Source: Mobula hypostoma
Taxonomy: Eukaryota
Reading direction: 5' to 3'
DNA: 64,000 bases
NCBI RefSeq assembly: GCF_963921235.1
Contig: NC_086115.1
Location: 34,038,001-34,102,000, forward strand
In this document: in pieces, positions 12,131-25,036 of the stretch
How the letters are laid out: every line of letters begins with the position of its first letter
Position numbering within the stretch: the first letter of the stretch is position 1
Position numbers and translations under genes: made by a program
Notes under the pieces: model-generated
Databases searched by the model: none
The model's input: only the letters and a program-made list of their open reading frames with translations
What the model was told of the DNA's origin: nothing

Positions 12131-12319
12131 ACTTAGTTGAGTGTTTAGGATCATAGGGATGGTTTTAGGGGCAGATAGGAAAGTTATGGGTCAAATTAGG
12201 GTTTAAAGACAAGACTGTGGGGGAATTAGAGGACAGGCTGGAGTCTCATGTCTCCGTTCCATGTTCAAAGGACAGCAATGCGGACCTGAGACATCCGCAG
12301 ACCAGACCAGTCTGTTTGG

Positions 12320-13200
12320 CTGTCTACAAAGAGTACTGCCACAAGAAAACAGCATCCATCTTCAAGGATCCCCACCATTCAGGCCATGCTCTCTTCTTGC
12401 TGCTGCCATTGGGAAGGAGGTGCAGGAGTCTTAGTTCCAATACCACCAGGTTCAAGAACAGTTATTACTCTTCAACAATCAAACTGCTGAAATAATTTGA
12501 AAGTCTTCACTTACCAAAACACTGAACTGATTGCGAAACACACCTATGGACTCAATTTCAAGCACTCTACAACTTGTTCTCAGTAGTATTTATTTATTTA
12601 TTCACATCTTTCAAAAATACATCTGTTTCCTCATTAGCAACCCCAAAGATCTAGCCTTCACATCCCACAGATCATACCACCCTGACAGCAAGGCCAAGGA
12701 ACTGCTTCAGGACTTCGGGAACATGAAGCCGGGAGAAGACATTCCAGTCCTCATCAAGGGGTCAGTGGTGAAGCAGCTTCAGGTTTCTTGGTGTCAACAT
12801 CTCAGAGGATGTGTTGAGCCCAACACATTGATGCAATCATAAAGAAGGCATGCCAGTGGCTGTACTTCATAAGGAGTTGGAGGAGATTCGGGACATCAGC
12901 AAAGACTAAACATTTTATGCAGGTGTATGAAGAGCATTCCGACTGGGTGCATCACTGCTTGTTACGGGGGCTCCAATCTGCAGCATCCAACAAGCTTGCA
13001 GAGGGATGTAGACTCAACCAGCTCCATCATGGAGATCTTCAAGAGGCGGTGATTCAAGAGGGCGGCATCCATCACGAAGGTCCCTCACATGCCGTGTTCT
13101 CATTACTCCATGAAGAAGGGATTAATGGAGCACGAGGAACCACACTCAACAATTCAGAAACAGCTTCCTCCCCTACGCCATCAGATTTCAGAAAAGTCCA
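12320..13200 (+). mobile_element. Two Rex1/Babar-like LINE 3' fragments
   Basis: KDPHHSGHALFLLLPLGRR..TTRFKNSYY and KAKELLQDF..IPVLIKG motifs. Confidence 0.65.
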
Positions 13201-13466
13201 TGACCATGTAAATCAGTGATAACAAATCTGATGCTGAATATCGGAATTTCTAGTCCAAAACACCATTAAGAAGGCAACAGAGACTCTGTATTCAAATAGC
13301 AGCAAACTCATACTTTTCTCTTTGGGAAGAAAGCAGCATGCCAAATATACACAGGAGATGAAGCAATATTCAACTCAGAGTGGGAACACCTCAAACAGCT
13401 GACGTGTACCACAACCGCAGGAGACTTTGCTCACTCAACTGCATTCTGGGCATGTGCTGTAAGTCT

Positions 13467-15185
13467 TAAGACCATAAGACATAGGAGTAAAGTTAGGTCT
13501 GCCATACCCTAATTGCCTCTGGTTCATTACATAACACACTATCCAGTATAGCTGATCCCCTGGTAGGCTCAACAACAAACTGCTCCAAAAAGCAATCTCA
13601 TGGACATTCAACAAATTCACTCTCCTGAGCTCCATTACAAACCTGATTTTTCCAATCTACCTGCATGTTAAAGTCTCCCATGACTTTCGTACATTGCCCC
13701 TTTGTCATGCCTTTTTTATTTCCCACTCTATCGTCTATTCCACATCCCAGCTAACTGTTTAGAAGCCCGTATACAACTGCCATCAGGGTCCTCTGACACT
13801 TGCAGTTTCTTAACTCAACCCACAACATATCAACATCTTCTGATCCTATGTCAAATCTTTCTAATGATTTGATGCCATTCTTTACCAGCAGAGCCGTGCC
13901 ACCCCGTCTGCCTACCTTCCTATCCCTCCGATACAATGTGTAATTTTGGACGTTCAGCTCCCAACTACAACCATCCTTCAGCCACAATTCAGTGATGGGC
14001 ACAACATCATACCCAACAATCTGTAAAAGTGAAACAAGATCATCCACCTTACTTCTTATACCCCATGTATTAACATATAACACTTTGAATATTGTATTTG
14101 CTACCCCTTTTTGATTCTGTATCCTTAATGCACTGATACTCACCCTACTGCCTGCAATTATGTCCTATCATCTGCCTCCCCTTCCTGACAGTCTGACTGC
14201 ATGCTATCTTTGCTTTTTTCTTACTATCCACTCTATCCTGAGTCCCTTTATTCCTGTTCCTATCTCCTGCCAAATTAGTTTAAACTCACCCCAACAGCTC
14301 GAACAAACTTGCCCACAAGAATATTGGCCACCCTCAGGTTCAGGTGCAACCCATCCCTTTTGGATAGGTCATATCTGCTCCAAAAGAGGACCCAATGATC
14401 CAAGAACCTGAAGCCATGCCCTCTAAGCCAGCTTCTCAGCCATGCATTTATCTGCCATATCATCCTGTTTCTACCCTCACTGGTGCATGGCACAGGCAGC
14501 AGTCCAGAAATTACTACACTGGAGTTCCTGCTTCTCAACTTCCTGCCTAGCTCTCTAAATTCTCTTTTCAGGACCTCCTTGTTTTTCCTTCCTATGTCAT
14601 TGGTACCAACATGTACCAAAGCATTTGGCTGCTCTCCCTTCCCTTCCAAAATGCTGTGGATGCAAAGTGAGATGTCCCTGACCCTGGCACAAGGGAGGCA
14701 ACATACCATCCGGGTGTCCCATTCACATCCATGGAATCTCCTGTCTGTTCCTATGGCTATTGAGTCCCCTATCACTACAGCTCCCCTATTCTCCCTCTTT
14801 CCCTTTGGCCCCACCAACCCACGCTCAGTGTCAGTAGACTGGTCTCTGTGGCATTCCCCTGGGAGGTCATCCCCCACTTTAGTATCTAAAAAGGTATACT
14901 TATTATAAAGGGGAATGGCCACAGGGGTGCTCTGTGCTATCTACCTATTCACCTTCCCATTCCTTCTCATGACAGTCCTCCAGCTACCTGCCTCCTGCTA
15001 CTCAGGGATAACTACTCCCTGTAATTCTGATTGATGATCTCCTCACTCTCCCATACAAGCCGATGTCATCCAGCTGCTGTTTCATACCCCTAACACGGTC
15101 TTCACGGAGCTGCAGTTGGATGCAGTTCCCAGGGCTCCAACTCCCAGCATGAATAACACACTACAGCCATTTAAACTACACTAAG
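13467..15185 (-). mobile_element. CR1 LINE, internally deleted (ORF1 SGNH-esterase + start of ORF2 endonuclease joined directly to the 3' tail)
   Basis: ORF 14275-14922 has the GDS, HVGTND and DGLH esterase motifs. ORF 13751-14143 has the EN motifs (TELWL, RRDR..GGT). The CR1 3' tail (taagaccataagacatagg) at ~13467-13500 abuts the EN region, so the RT is missing. Confidence 0.85.
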
Positions 15186-15206
15186 TACCCCTGACACAGC
15201 AAGGGA

Positions 15207-16010
15207 ATGTTACCATTGGCCTTGAAGCTACCAGACTTCAATGAAAAGGAGGAAGCAAATGGGTTCGTCAAAGAACCACCACAGAAGGTCACTGATCTTC
15301 CATATGTGTTTCAGTATGCAGCAAAATTTTACAGACAAAAACAAGCTGTGGAGAAAGGTATCAAGCTGTTGAAGGAAGCTTTAGAAATAACTCCAAACTT
15401 CTTTCACAATGAAATGGCCATGTGTTACAATGATAAAAGAAGAAACATGCAGAGAACTCCATTCTGCAGGAACCATCACTGTCTTTTATCTGAATTGATC
15501 ATTCAATACAAGTATCACTTTGAAAAAACATATGAAAATAGTGTAAGTTCAGCAATTAAATCACAGCTGGACTTTGCAAACTTCTGTGAAGTAATTGGAG
15601 ACTCCTCCAAAGCAGACGAGATCTATACCAACTTGGTGAAGTTAAAGTATACTTGTCCAGAAAGTATGCAGAAAATATATTTATATGCTGGGTCGTTTGA
15701 ACTGCACCACAAAAAGTCTGAATCCGATGCTATTAATCTACTGCTGAAAGGCCTGAAGATTGATTATGATTCAAATGAACGCAAAATGTGTCAGAAGGAA
15801 TTGGAAAATTGGGCAGATGGGAAACTTTGCAGGTATCAACATGATGGTAAGGCCCTTGGTGTTAAAGCATTAGTGTATCAGCTGGATGGGAACAAGTCTA
15901 AAGCTATTGAATACTTTCAGAAAGCCTTGATGATTGATCCTTGCAATGAGGAATATTTGAGTGCACTTTGTGAATTATGCCTTTCCATCAAGAGTCAAAA
16001 TGATGATTGA
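15207..16010 (+). pseudogene. IFIT: IFIT copy B: 5'-truncated gene, C-terminal half still an open 267-aa ORF
   Basis: Aligns to genes A and C from the internal Met of AMVxLALKL to the C-terminus (DLPYVFQYAAKFYR, KYHFEK, QLDFA, DPCNEEYLSALCEL). The N-terminal ~220 codons are absent, with CR1 in their place. Confidence 0.85.
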
Positions 16011-17317
16011 AAGATGAACTGATTGTGTCAGGTTGGACTACAAGCATGTCGGGTGCATGTTTCACTTTTTAAATTCTTTCAGTCCCTTCCTTCATGGAGG
16101 CTTTACAGACAAATCAAAAATTTTTCAAGCAATAGTTTCAACATAATCATTATCGATCTTTGTGCTGAATTCCAAAATATTAACATTAATAATACACTTA
16201 ACATATCAGATTTGAATAGCTTTTAATTTCTGTTTAGCGTGGAAAAGCAATGAAAATGGGTTTGTGGGAATTAGAACAAATGGAGTCAAGTAGAAAATCT
16301 TTTCTGGCTTTTGTTATATGTCTCCTTTTCCTTCTGCAATTATCTCTGGTTATATTTTACTGTCCCTTGCATCACTTTTTGAAGAATAGTTTTTATAAAA
16401 TGATTGTATGTTCAAGGCCATTGTAAAATCTTCTCCAGAGGAATTAAGTCAAGGAAAGGAAAGGAAAATACCAAATCAAAGGAACAGTAACAGCAAATCC
16501 TTAACAGATGGTTCAACCTGCTGACTGTTAAAATAGAGAAATTTCAAATGATAATGTTTTTGCAAGGGAGAAAGTGAAGTTTTAATCTCAATTAGAATAG
16601 CTCACAGCCAAGGACAAATTTCTCCAGACCTGGAAACATCTAGACTCATAAGGAACCAGAAATTAGCGAAAAAGAAGGTGAGGTAAACGCCAAAACCTTG
16701 CTTGGAGTATGTTCAGCAACAATACTGAAGCAGCATTTTGCTTTTGTTCCATGACCCTGGGTGGATGTATGAGCTGTGGAAAGGGTGTGGATGCAGGGGT
16801 GGGGATGACAATGTCACGTTTACTGTATTTATACAATGCAATTTAGATAGACTTTTGTAATGAGGAACCAGGGCTTGTCAGAGTGTATACATCAAATATG
16901 TGACATTACTGTAATTGTCTGATACTAATTTGGTGCAAGCTTGTGAAGGTGTGCCAATTCTACAATTGGACAATGTAAATTGTTTGCATGCTGGAATTTG
17001 GTGAGGTTTTATCCCAGGGGCTTTGCAGAGCAGGAAAGAAAAATCAGGGAGCTCCAGAAAGGGTAAGCGTGGAGGTATTTATCTTGGGGATTGGGACTGC
17101 CAACCGTCAGCGATAAATAGAGAGAAAGGGTCAAGATGTAAATAAATCACACACAATGTAAGCCCGGTTTGATCTGAAAATGCTGAGGGCATGGATGGTG
17201 GGGTAATACTGTGGAGATTTTTGTCTCGGTCCCTTGTATTATGCACACAATCAGTTCATACCAAAAGGTTAAAAAACAAATCTACTTACTTGAAATAGTA
17301 TTGTCAGTTCACAGTCC

Positions 17318-18105
17318 TGTTACGTACCAGCAGCGATAGATCACAAATTGAGTCAGGTTTTAATGTTAAAACACTGTATTTATTATTATTATTATTGCTT
17401 TGAACTGCTGTAACTACGTTATAATTGTGTGCTTCTGTCAGTGTTAGTCTTTGGTTTGTCCTATTTTCTGTGATACCCCTCCGGAGAAAGATTCTATCAT
17501 TTCTTAATGCATGCATGCTTTTCTAAATGACAATAAAAGAGGACTGAGTGTTCTCATAATCTACTCAAAATATAGAAAATTAAACAAAATAACCAGAAGG
17601 TAATAGTGTTATGTGCGTGTGTGGCTCCCAAACTGTCAAGCTTAGGAACAGTTCTTAAAGTTTTAAGATAGCAAACTAGAAAGGTCCAGTAATCCATGGA
17701 ATAAGTGAGGGGAAGGATTGGTAAATCCACGTTAAAATGTAGAGAGGAGGTGATTACGAAGAATTCCACAGGTTCCACACTGGGAAAACGAAGTAACAGT
17801 CGCCAAAGATCTTATTCGTCGAGTTGTCCCAAAGTCCACGTAGAAATATCACAAGGTGACAGTCACAGAATATTCCTTAGCACAAGTGGTTATCACATAA
17901 CATACCCAAAACCATATAAGGGTTAACAAAGGTGGTCGCCACAGGATACTCCAGCAAAATCCACGTATGGATCGTACGAAGTGACAGTCACACATCCAAT
18001 GTGCAGTGGGTGCTGTTGATCAACCCAATTCTCTGGGCATGGGGAAGTATCAGACTTTATCCATTGTTGCAGCAAGCTCCTGCTGGCAGCTTACGGTCCA
18101 AAACT

Positions 18106-18149
<44 letters not shown>

Positions 18150-18264
18150 CTCCTCTGAAAGTCCCAGCGGTCTGTCGCAGCTTGTGATACTGACTTCGTA
18201 GTCCTGCCTCATCCAGGCGTTTCAAAGTGACACCCACGGTAAACTAAACCGTGGTCACGTAACA
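17318..18264 (-). mobile_element. Solo LTR (Gypsy/ERV-type) with a nested LINE tail and (TC)n
   Basis: Termini TGTTACG...CGTAACA; 4-bp TSD GTCC at 17314-17317 and 18265-18268. Confidence 0.85.
18109..18146. repeat. (TC)n microsatellite
   Basis: About 19 perfect TC units inside the solo LTR. Confidence 0.95.
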
Positions 18265-20349
18265 GTCCTCATAATGACCAAGCCTGTTAGAAATATAAGC
18301 GAAGGAAAAGGTCTTGATTCATGTGCTCTTTGAGACTTTGAAGTATTCAGATGTAAGTGATGAAGGGAATGTTTTTTTTTCCAAGGAGGAGTGAAACCTT
18401 TTCGGTTGACAAAGCAAAGTAAAAAAAAAATTGGTAACAAGGAGACCAGTTCAGTAGAAACATAAAATCCTCCCTCTACCTCTCCCATTAAGAAATAATT
18501 AATTTTAGAATTGTATCTGACCTATATGCATAGATTATAAAAGAAGCGTGGGCTTTCGTGATTACATACTGTAAGTGTGAACGATGAGTATTCTCTGCCC
18601 TCAGACCGGAATCACAATTGGTGCCAAGGACATCGAAGAGTCTCCAGGCCAGTCATCACAAATTGGAGGTCGGTAACGGGCAGAACGACATGAGGTTGAT
18701 ACTGTATTGATAATTCTGTACTGTTTTAAACTTGCTGTTTTGTTAATTCTTTGTATCACTCAGTGAAACAAACATGTGACTTGCTCTTTTATCAATTATT
18801 TTGCACTTAGACTAGGTGTTTTATAATTCTTTATGTTTCATTTTTCTGATCACTTAGTATACTCGAATAGAATACTTTGCAAGAACTTTTGAGTGTTCTT
18901 TCTTCTGCACTGATCCAAACCATCAAAACCTGCTTATCATTCCCTTGCACACCCATACTGATCACCACTTGGACACTGCCTGCCTTGATTAACGTTTAAC
19001 TACGGGCCATTGTGAAATCATTCTGCACGCAAATATGACAGGAAAAATCAAAGTTCGAAAGTTTAAAGGTAGGATTTATTATCAGAGTGCATACATATCA
19101 TCATATACCACTCTGAGACTCTTTCTCCTGTTGACGTGCTCAGCAAATCTACAGAATAGTAACTATAAAAAAGGATCAAAGAAAGAGCGAGAGCATCGAA
19201 GACAACAAAAAGTGTAAATGCAAAGATAAATAACGAAGGCAAGAAATAACAAGATAAAGAGTCCTTAAAATGAGATCATTGTTTGTGGGAACATCTCGAT
19301 ATATGAGTTTAGTTATCCTCTTTTTTTCAAGAGCCTGACGGTTGAGGGATAGTAACTGTTCTTGAACCTGCTGGTGCGAGTCCTGAGGCTCCTGCACCTT
19401 TTACCCGATGGCCGCAGCAAGAAAAGAGCATGGCCTGTGCAGTGAGATTCTTTGATGACGAATGCTGTTTTTTTATGACAGTGTTTCATGTAGACATGCT
19501 CTGTGGTGCTGAATCACCACAGACACAATATCTCTTTTATCAGAACTATTGGACAGAGTCACAATAGTTGTTAATGAGCAATGAGTAATATTCGGATTTA
19601 TGATGAGTGTTTCCTGGCACTTGATTATAACTCCAGGTGAGCGAGTGATTTTGAAAGGACCAGTTCAGACCTGTAGGTACACTGCAGTGTGGGCGCAGTA
19701 GCAAGGTGTTCACCATGTTAAGGTAAGGGCTATTGATCCAGCATGCAGATAAACATAAACAAACACAATTAGAGAAATTAGGGACTTGCAAGAAGTCAAG
19801 TGAAACTATCAGCAGGAAAGGAAATCACCCATCCATTTGAATCTCACCTGTACTTTTCTTGAGACCCACCCATCCAGTTCAGTCAGTGACATAGTGAAGT
19901 GGTGTAGTTTGGCAGGATAATCAGAGGCAAGTGGTTTGTGAATGGAAGACATTGTACATTGGCCTATAATCGCATCGCAATGTGCCAGTTTGGTACAATA
20001 ATTGGAGAAAAGTTTGATTCCTTTCCTACTTTTGCCTCTCCATTCTGTCTACCCGGTGAGTTACTGATATCAGTTTTTGGCATTAATACATAAGAACCTG
20101 AAGATCTCACTAAAGAATGGTGTAATCCTATTTTGTGGAGTAGACCAGACGTATCTTCCAGTGCAGTTCAGGAGAAACATCTTTAACTCTGTTCCATTCA
20201 CATACAGTAAAGAGCAGGTCCTGGGGAGTGATGTAGAACAGAGAGCGTGAGGGGCAGGTAGATGGGAGAGGGGGAGGGGGCGCAGTGTGAAGAAGGCAAA
20301 TGACACTCATGTCATGCCTTCAGTGATCAGAACAATGAGCACAGATTCT

Positions 20350-22030
20350 TGGCAGCATTTTACAGCTGTACAAGCCTTTGCTACGGCCACATATGCAGCA
20401 CTGCAAACAGTTCTGGTCACTGCTTCAGGAAATATGTCAGTGAACTGAAAAAGGTGCAAAAGAAAGATTGATGATGGTGTTACGGGGACTGGAAGGTGTG
20501 AGTTACATGGGGAAGCTGGCTGGGTTTGGGCTTATCTCCCTTGAGCATAGGACGCCAAAGGATGAATTAATAGAGATTCAGAACATCATGAGGGGCATAG
20601 ATAAAATAAATGGTCACAGTCTTTTGCCCAGATAGAGGCTACAGGTTTAAAGTAAGAGGTGAAAGATTTGAAAGTGACCTCAGGAGAATCTTTTCCAACT
20701 CCACTGGCAGCTCATTTCATATACTTACCACCCTCTCCATGAAAATGTTGTCCTCACGTACCTTTTAAAGTTTTTGCCTGCCAATCAATGACCCATAGGC
20801 TGGACTTGTTTTCCCCAAGGAAAAGACTGTACTGTGCACCTGATCAATGCTTCTCCTTATTTTAAACATCTCTATATAGTTGCCCCTCATTCTCCGATGT
20901 TGCAAGGAATATAGTTCGAGCCTGCCCTCCTTTTCCTGTAACCTGGGCTTTCTAGTGCTGGCCACATCCATGTGAATCTTTTAGCACTCTTTCCAGTTGA
21001 ACCACATCATTCCTATGACAGGATGACCAAAACTGTACACAGTACTCCAAATGCGGCTTCACCAACGGCAGGTACTACTGCAAAACAATGTTCCAAATCC
21101 TATATACGGTGCCCTGAATGATGAAGAGCAGTGTGCTTTTACACCAGACTGTCTACCTGTGAGACCGCTTCCAATGAACTAGGACTTCCTCTTTCATTAC
21201 ACACCCTAGTGCACCACCATTCATAGTAGCAGTCCTATGTGACTTAAACCACCTCCTACTTATCTGTACTGAAATCCGTTTACCACTTCTCAGCCCACTT
21301 CCCGAACTGATCAACACCCCCCAGTAATCTGTCATAACCTTTTTCACTGTCAATGACACCTCCTAATTTTCTGTCGTCCACAAACCTTGTGTACTTAAAC
21401 CCAAAACATTTATATAAGTAACAAATAACGAGGGTCCCTGTGACATATTGGTTGTCACTTGCCTCCGTTCTGTGAGGCAATCTTCAACCACCACCCTCTA
21501 TTTCCTACCACTTAGCAAAATTTAAGTCAACCCTCCATGGCACCTAACCTTCCAGACCAGTATATCATGTGGCACCTTGTTGAAGGCCTCACTAAAGTCC
21601 GAATATACAACATCCATTGTCCCACCCTCATTCGTCTTTTTTGGTTATCTCCTCAAAAAATTCTAAAATTTTCATCAAACATGACTTTTGACACTCAAAG
21701 CCATGCTGACTCTGAATCAGATTCTGTCTATTCAACGCTGGCAAATCTCATCCTTCAGATTTCTCCATTATCTACCTGACTACTGATGTCAGGCTGGTCA
21801 GCCCGCAGTTTCCTGTCTTTTCCTTAATATTCTTCTTAAACAACAAAACAACATTAGCCAAAACAACATTCCAATCTTTGAGAACTTCACCGGTGGCTAA
21901 AAATGAAGCAATATCTCCACACGGGCTTACTCAATTTCTTCTTTAGCCTCCGACAAAGTCCGAGGATGCACTTGATGAGGCCCTGAATATGTATCCACCT
22001 TAATGTGGTGTAGTTCCTCCATGGTAATTT
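20350..22030. mobile_element. Two degenerate CR1 ORF2 fragments in opposite orientation (plus ~20350-20700, minus ~20700-22030)
   Basis: Both pieces carry the CR1 C-terminal 'LYSL..RR.RG..IE.FKI' region. The minus piece also has DD-RKLGGV (RT). Confidence 0.7.
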
Positions 22031-22189
22031 AAATTTCCTCCAAATCATTGATACTTATTTCCAACCATGATTTCCTCCTCAGTAAATACAGAGGAAAAAC
22101 ATTCATTAAAAATCAATTAACCTTCCACCCCGCCACCCTTCAACATCTCCTGCAGCTCAAGACAGAGGCAGCCCTGCTAATGGATGGGC

Positions 22190-22890
22190 ACAGCTTAAAC
22201 ATCATCTGGAAATTTGCCAAAGGCCCAACTATTGTCAGAAGTTCAGATGAAGACGAAGAAGCGTTTAGGAGTGAGATAGATCAGCTGGTTGAGTGGTGTC
22301 ACAACCACAACATTGCACTCAACGTTAGTAAGACAAAGGAATTGATTGTGGACTTCAAGAAGGGAAATTCGGTGGAACACACGCCAGTTCTCATCGAGGG
22401 ATCACCAGTGGAAAGAGTAAGCAGTTTCCATTTCCTGGGTGTGAACATCGCTGAAGATTTATCCTGCGCCCAGCATATTGATATAATTATGAAAATGGCA
22501 CGTCAGCAGCTGTATTTCATGAGGGGTTTGAGGGGATTTAGTACGTCACCAAGGTAACAAATTTCAATAGATGTCCCATGGAGAGCATTCTAACTGGTAG
22601 CACCACCATCTGGTATGGAGGGGACACTGCACAGTATCAGAAAATGCTGTGGATGGTTACAAACTCATACAATTCCATCATGGACATGAACCTCGCTAGC
22701 ATTGAACCCATCTTCAAAAAGTGATATCTCAAAAAGGCAGCATCCATCATGCAGGACACCCATCACCCAAGAATGCTCTCTTCTTATTATAACCATCAGC
22801 GGGAAATACAAGAGCCTGAAGACAAATACTCACCATTTTAGTGACAGATTCTTTCTCTCTGCCATCAGATTTCTGAAAGAACACTGAACT
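22190..22890 (+). mobile_element. Rex1/Babar-like LINE 3' fragment
   Basis: WCHNHNIALNVSKTKELIVDFKK..ERVSSFHFLGVNI. Confidence 0.8.
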
Positions 22891-23131
22891 AATCCATAAA
22901 CTCTACCTCACTACTTTTTGCATTCTGATTCTTGCTTTAAAGAATTGGTACCACTGTCAGCCAGCAGGGGTCATAATAAATTCGGATTTCAAAATATGAA
23001 TCAGGTTCATTATCATTGGCATATCTTGTAAAATATGCTATTTTGCAGCAGCAGTATATTGAAATAAACAATAAAGACTATAAATTACAACAAGAAATGT
23101 ATATATACACAGACACACACACACAGACACC

Positions 23132-23641
23132 AAAGGGGTGATTGATATATTCGTGGCCTAAGGTAGAAGTAGTCAATTTTAGAAAACCCAGCACATTTAT
23201 TTTTCAACATAGTCCCCTCCTACATTTACACACTTAGTCCAGCGGTCGTGGAGCATACGGATCCCTTCTTTGTAGAAGTCGGCATCTTGGACCTCCAGCA
23301 ATTGGTCCACAGCAGGGGTGATTGATAAGGTTGTGGCCTAAGATGGAAGGAGATGAGTTATACAGCTCTTGTTACATGAACGTGTAGTTCAACTCTTTGA
23401 GTGATTACGCAGACAGTTTGAAGTTAATAACTCAGCTCCGTCTACCTTAGGCCACAAACTTATCAATCACCCCTGCTGTCGACCACTTCTGGAGGTCCAA
23501 GACGCCGACTTCTACAAAGAAGGGATCCGTATGCTCCACGACCGCTGGACTAAGTGTGTAAATGTAGGAAAAATAAATGTGCTAGGTTTTCTAAAATTGA
23601 CTCCTCCTAACTTAGGCCACGAACATATCAATCACCCCTTG
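23132..23641. mobile_element. Palindromic mariner-derived MITE
   Basis: Inverted arms of ~215-230 bp around a ~65-bp spacer; TIR motif GGGGTGATTGATA..TTCGTGGCCTAAG; TA on the right flank. The arm encodes a mariner transposase C-terminus (DADFYKEGIRMLHDRWTKCVNVG). Confidence 0.85.
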
Positions 23642-23699
23642 TATTTCTAATTAGATAAGTAGGAGAAAAAGAAAAAGATATAGGCTGAGGTCGTGTGCA

Positions 23700-25036
23700 T
23701 GGGTTCATTGTCCATTCAGAAATCTGATGCAGGTGGGGAAGAAGCTGTTCCTAAAATGTTGAATGTGTGTCCTCAGGCCCCTGTACCTCTTCGTTGATAA
23801 TAGGGTAATCAGGGCCCTTAACAATGGATGCCCCCTTTTTAAGGCATCGCCTTTTCTAAACGTCCTTAACGTTGGGGAGGCTTGTGCCCATGATTGGGGC
23901 TGTCTGAGCTTACAACTTTCTGCAGCTTTTCCGAATGTGACGCAGTGGCCCCTCCATACCTGACAGTGATACAACCAGTTCAAATGCTTTCCACTGTACA
24001 CCTCTAGAAGCTGGGGACATAGCAAATCTCCTCAAACTGCAAATGAGATATAGCCACCTCTGTGCCTTCTTTGTAATTGTATCAGTACGTTGGGCCCAGG
24101 ATAGACCTTCAGAGATGTTGACACCCAGGAACTTGCAACTGCTCACCCTCCCTATGATTGATTCCTCAATGAGGACTGATGTGTGTTCCCTCAAATTCCC
24201 TGTCCTGAAATCCACAACCAATTCTTTGGTGTTACTGGCATTGAGTGCATGGTTGTTGTTGTAGCACCACTCAACCAGCTGATCTATCTCACTCCTGTAT
24301 GCCTACTTGCCACCATCAAAACTCTGTCAACAATAGTTGTGTCATGGGCAAATTTATAGATGCCATTTGAGCTCTGCCTAGCTACATATTTGTGGGTGTA
24401 GGAAGAGTAGAGCAGTAGGCTAAACATGCATCTTTGAGATGCACCAGTGTCAGCGAGGTGGAGATGTTCTGTCTGCTCTGCACTGACTGTGGTCTCCCAA
24501 GAAGGAAGTCGAGGATCCAGTTGCAAAGGGAGGTATAGCGACCAAGGTTTTGTAGCTTGTTGATTAGTACTCAATTTATGATGGCGTTGAATGCTGAGCT
24601 GTAATCAATAAACAGCAGCCTGAAGTACATATTGCTATTGTCAAGGTGCCCCAAGGCCAAGTAGAGAGCCAGTGAGATTGCATCTGCTGTAGACTTATTG
24701 TTGCAAGGGGAAAATTGCAGTGGATCCAGGTCCTTCCTTAGGACGGAGCTGGTTATGGCCATGACCAACCTCTCAAAGCACTTCATCACAATAGACAGTG
24801 CAAATGGGCAAAAGTCAATGAAATCACTCATCCTGCTCTTCTTGGGCACTGTATGATTGTCACACTTTTGAAGCAGATAGGAACTTCTGACTGCAATAAT
24901 GAGAGTGTGAAAAAGTCGATGAGCACTCTTGCCATTTGGTTGGCACAGATTTTCAGTACTCTACCAGGTACACCATCATGCCTGATGCCTTGTGAGGTTT
25001 TACCCTCATAAGAAATGTCCTGATGTCGGCCTCCAT
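23700..25036 (-). mobile_element. Rex1/Babar-like LINE, 3' part (interrupted by CR1)
   Basis: [25 protein letters not shown] and KFLGVNI motifs. The frame continues at 28366. Confidence 0.85.

Noticed and set aside
12150-12210. TTAGGG-like words
   Set aside because: Scattered, not a tandem telomeric array.
14275-14922. SGNH esterase as a host gene
   Set aside because: It is the CR1 ORF1 esterase, directly followed by the ORF2 endonuclease.
18533-18700. GATTATAAAAGA (like the gene A TATA context) plus ATGAG|gttgat at 18690
   Set aside because: Weak donor, wrong spacing, no ISRE and no IFIT exon downstream.
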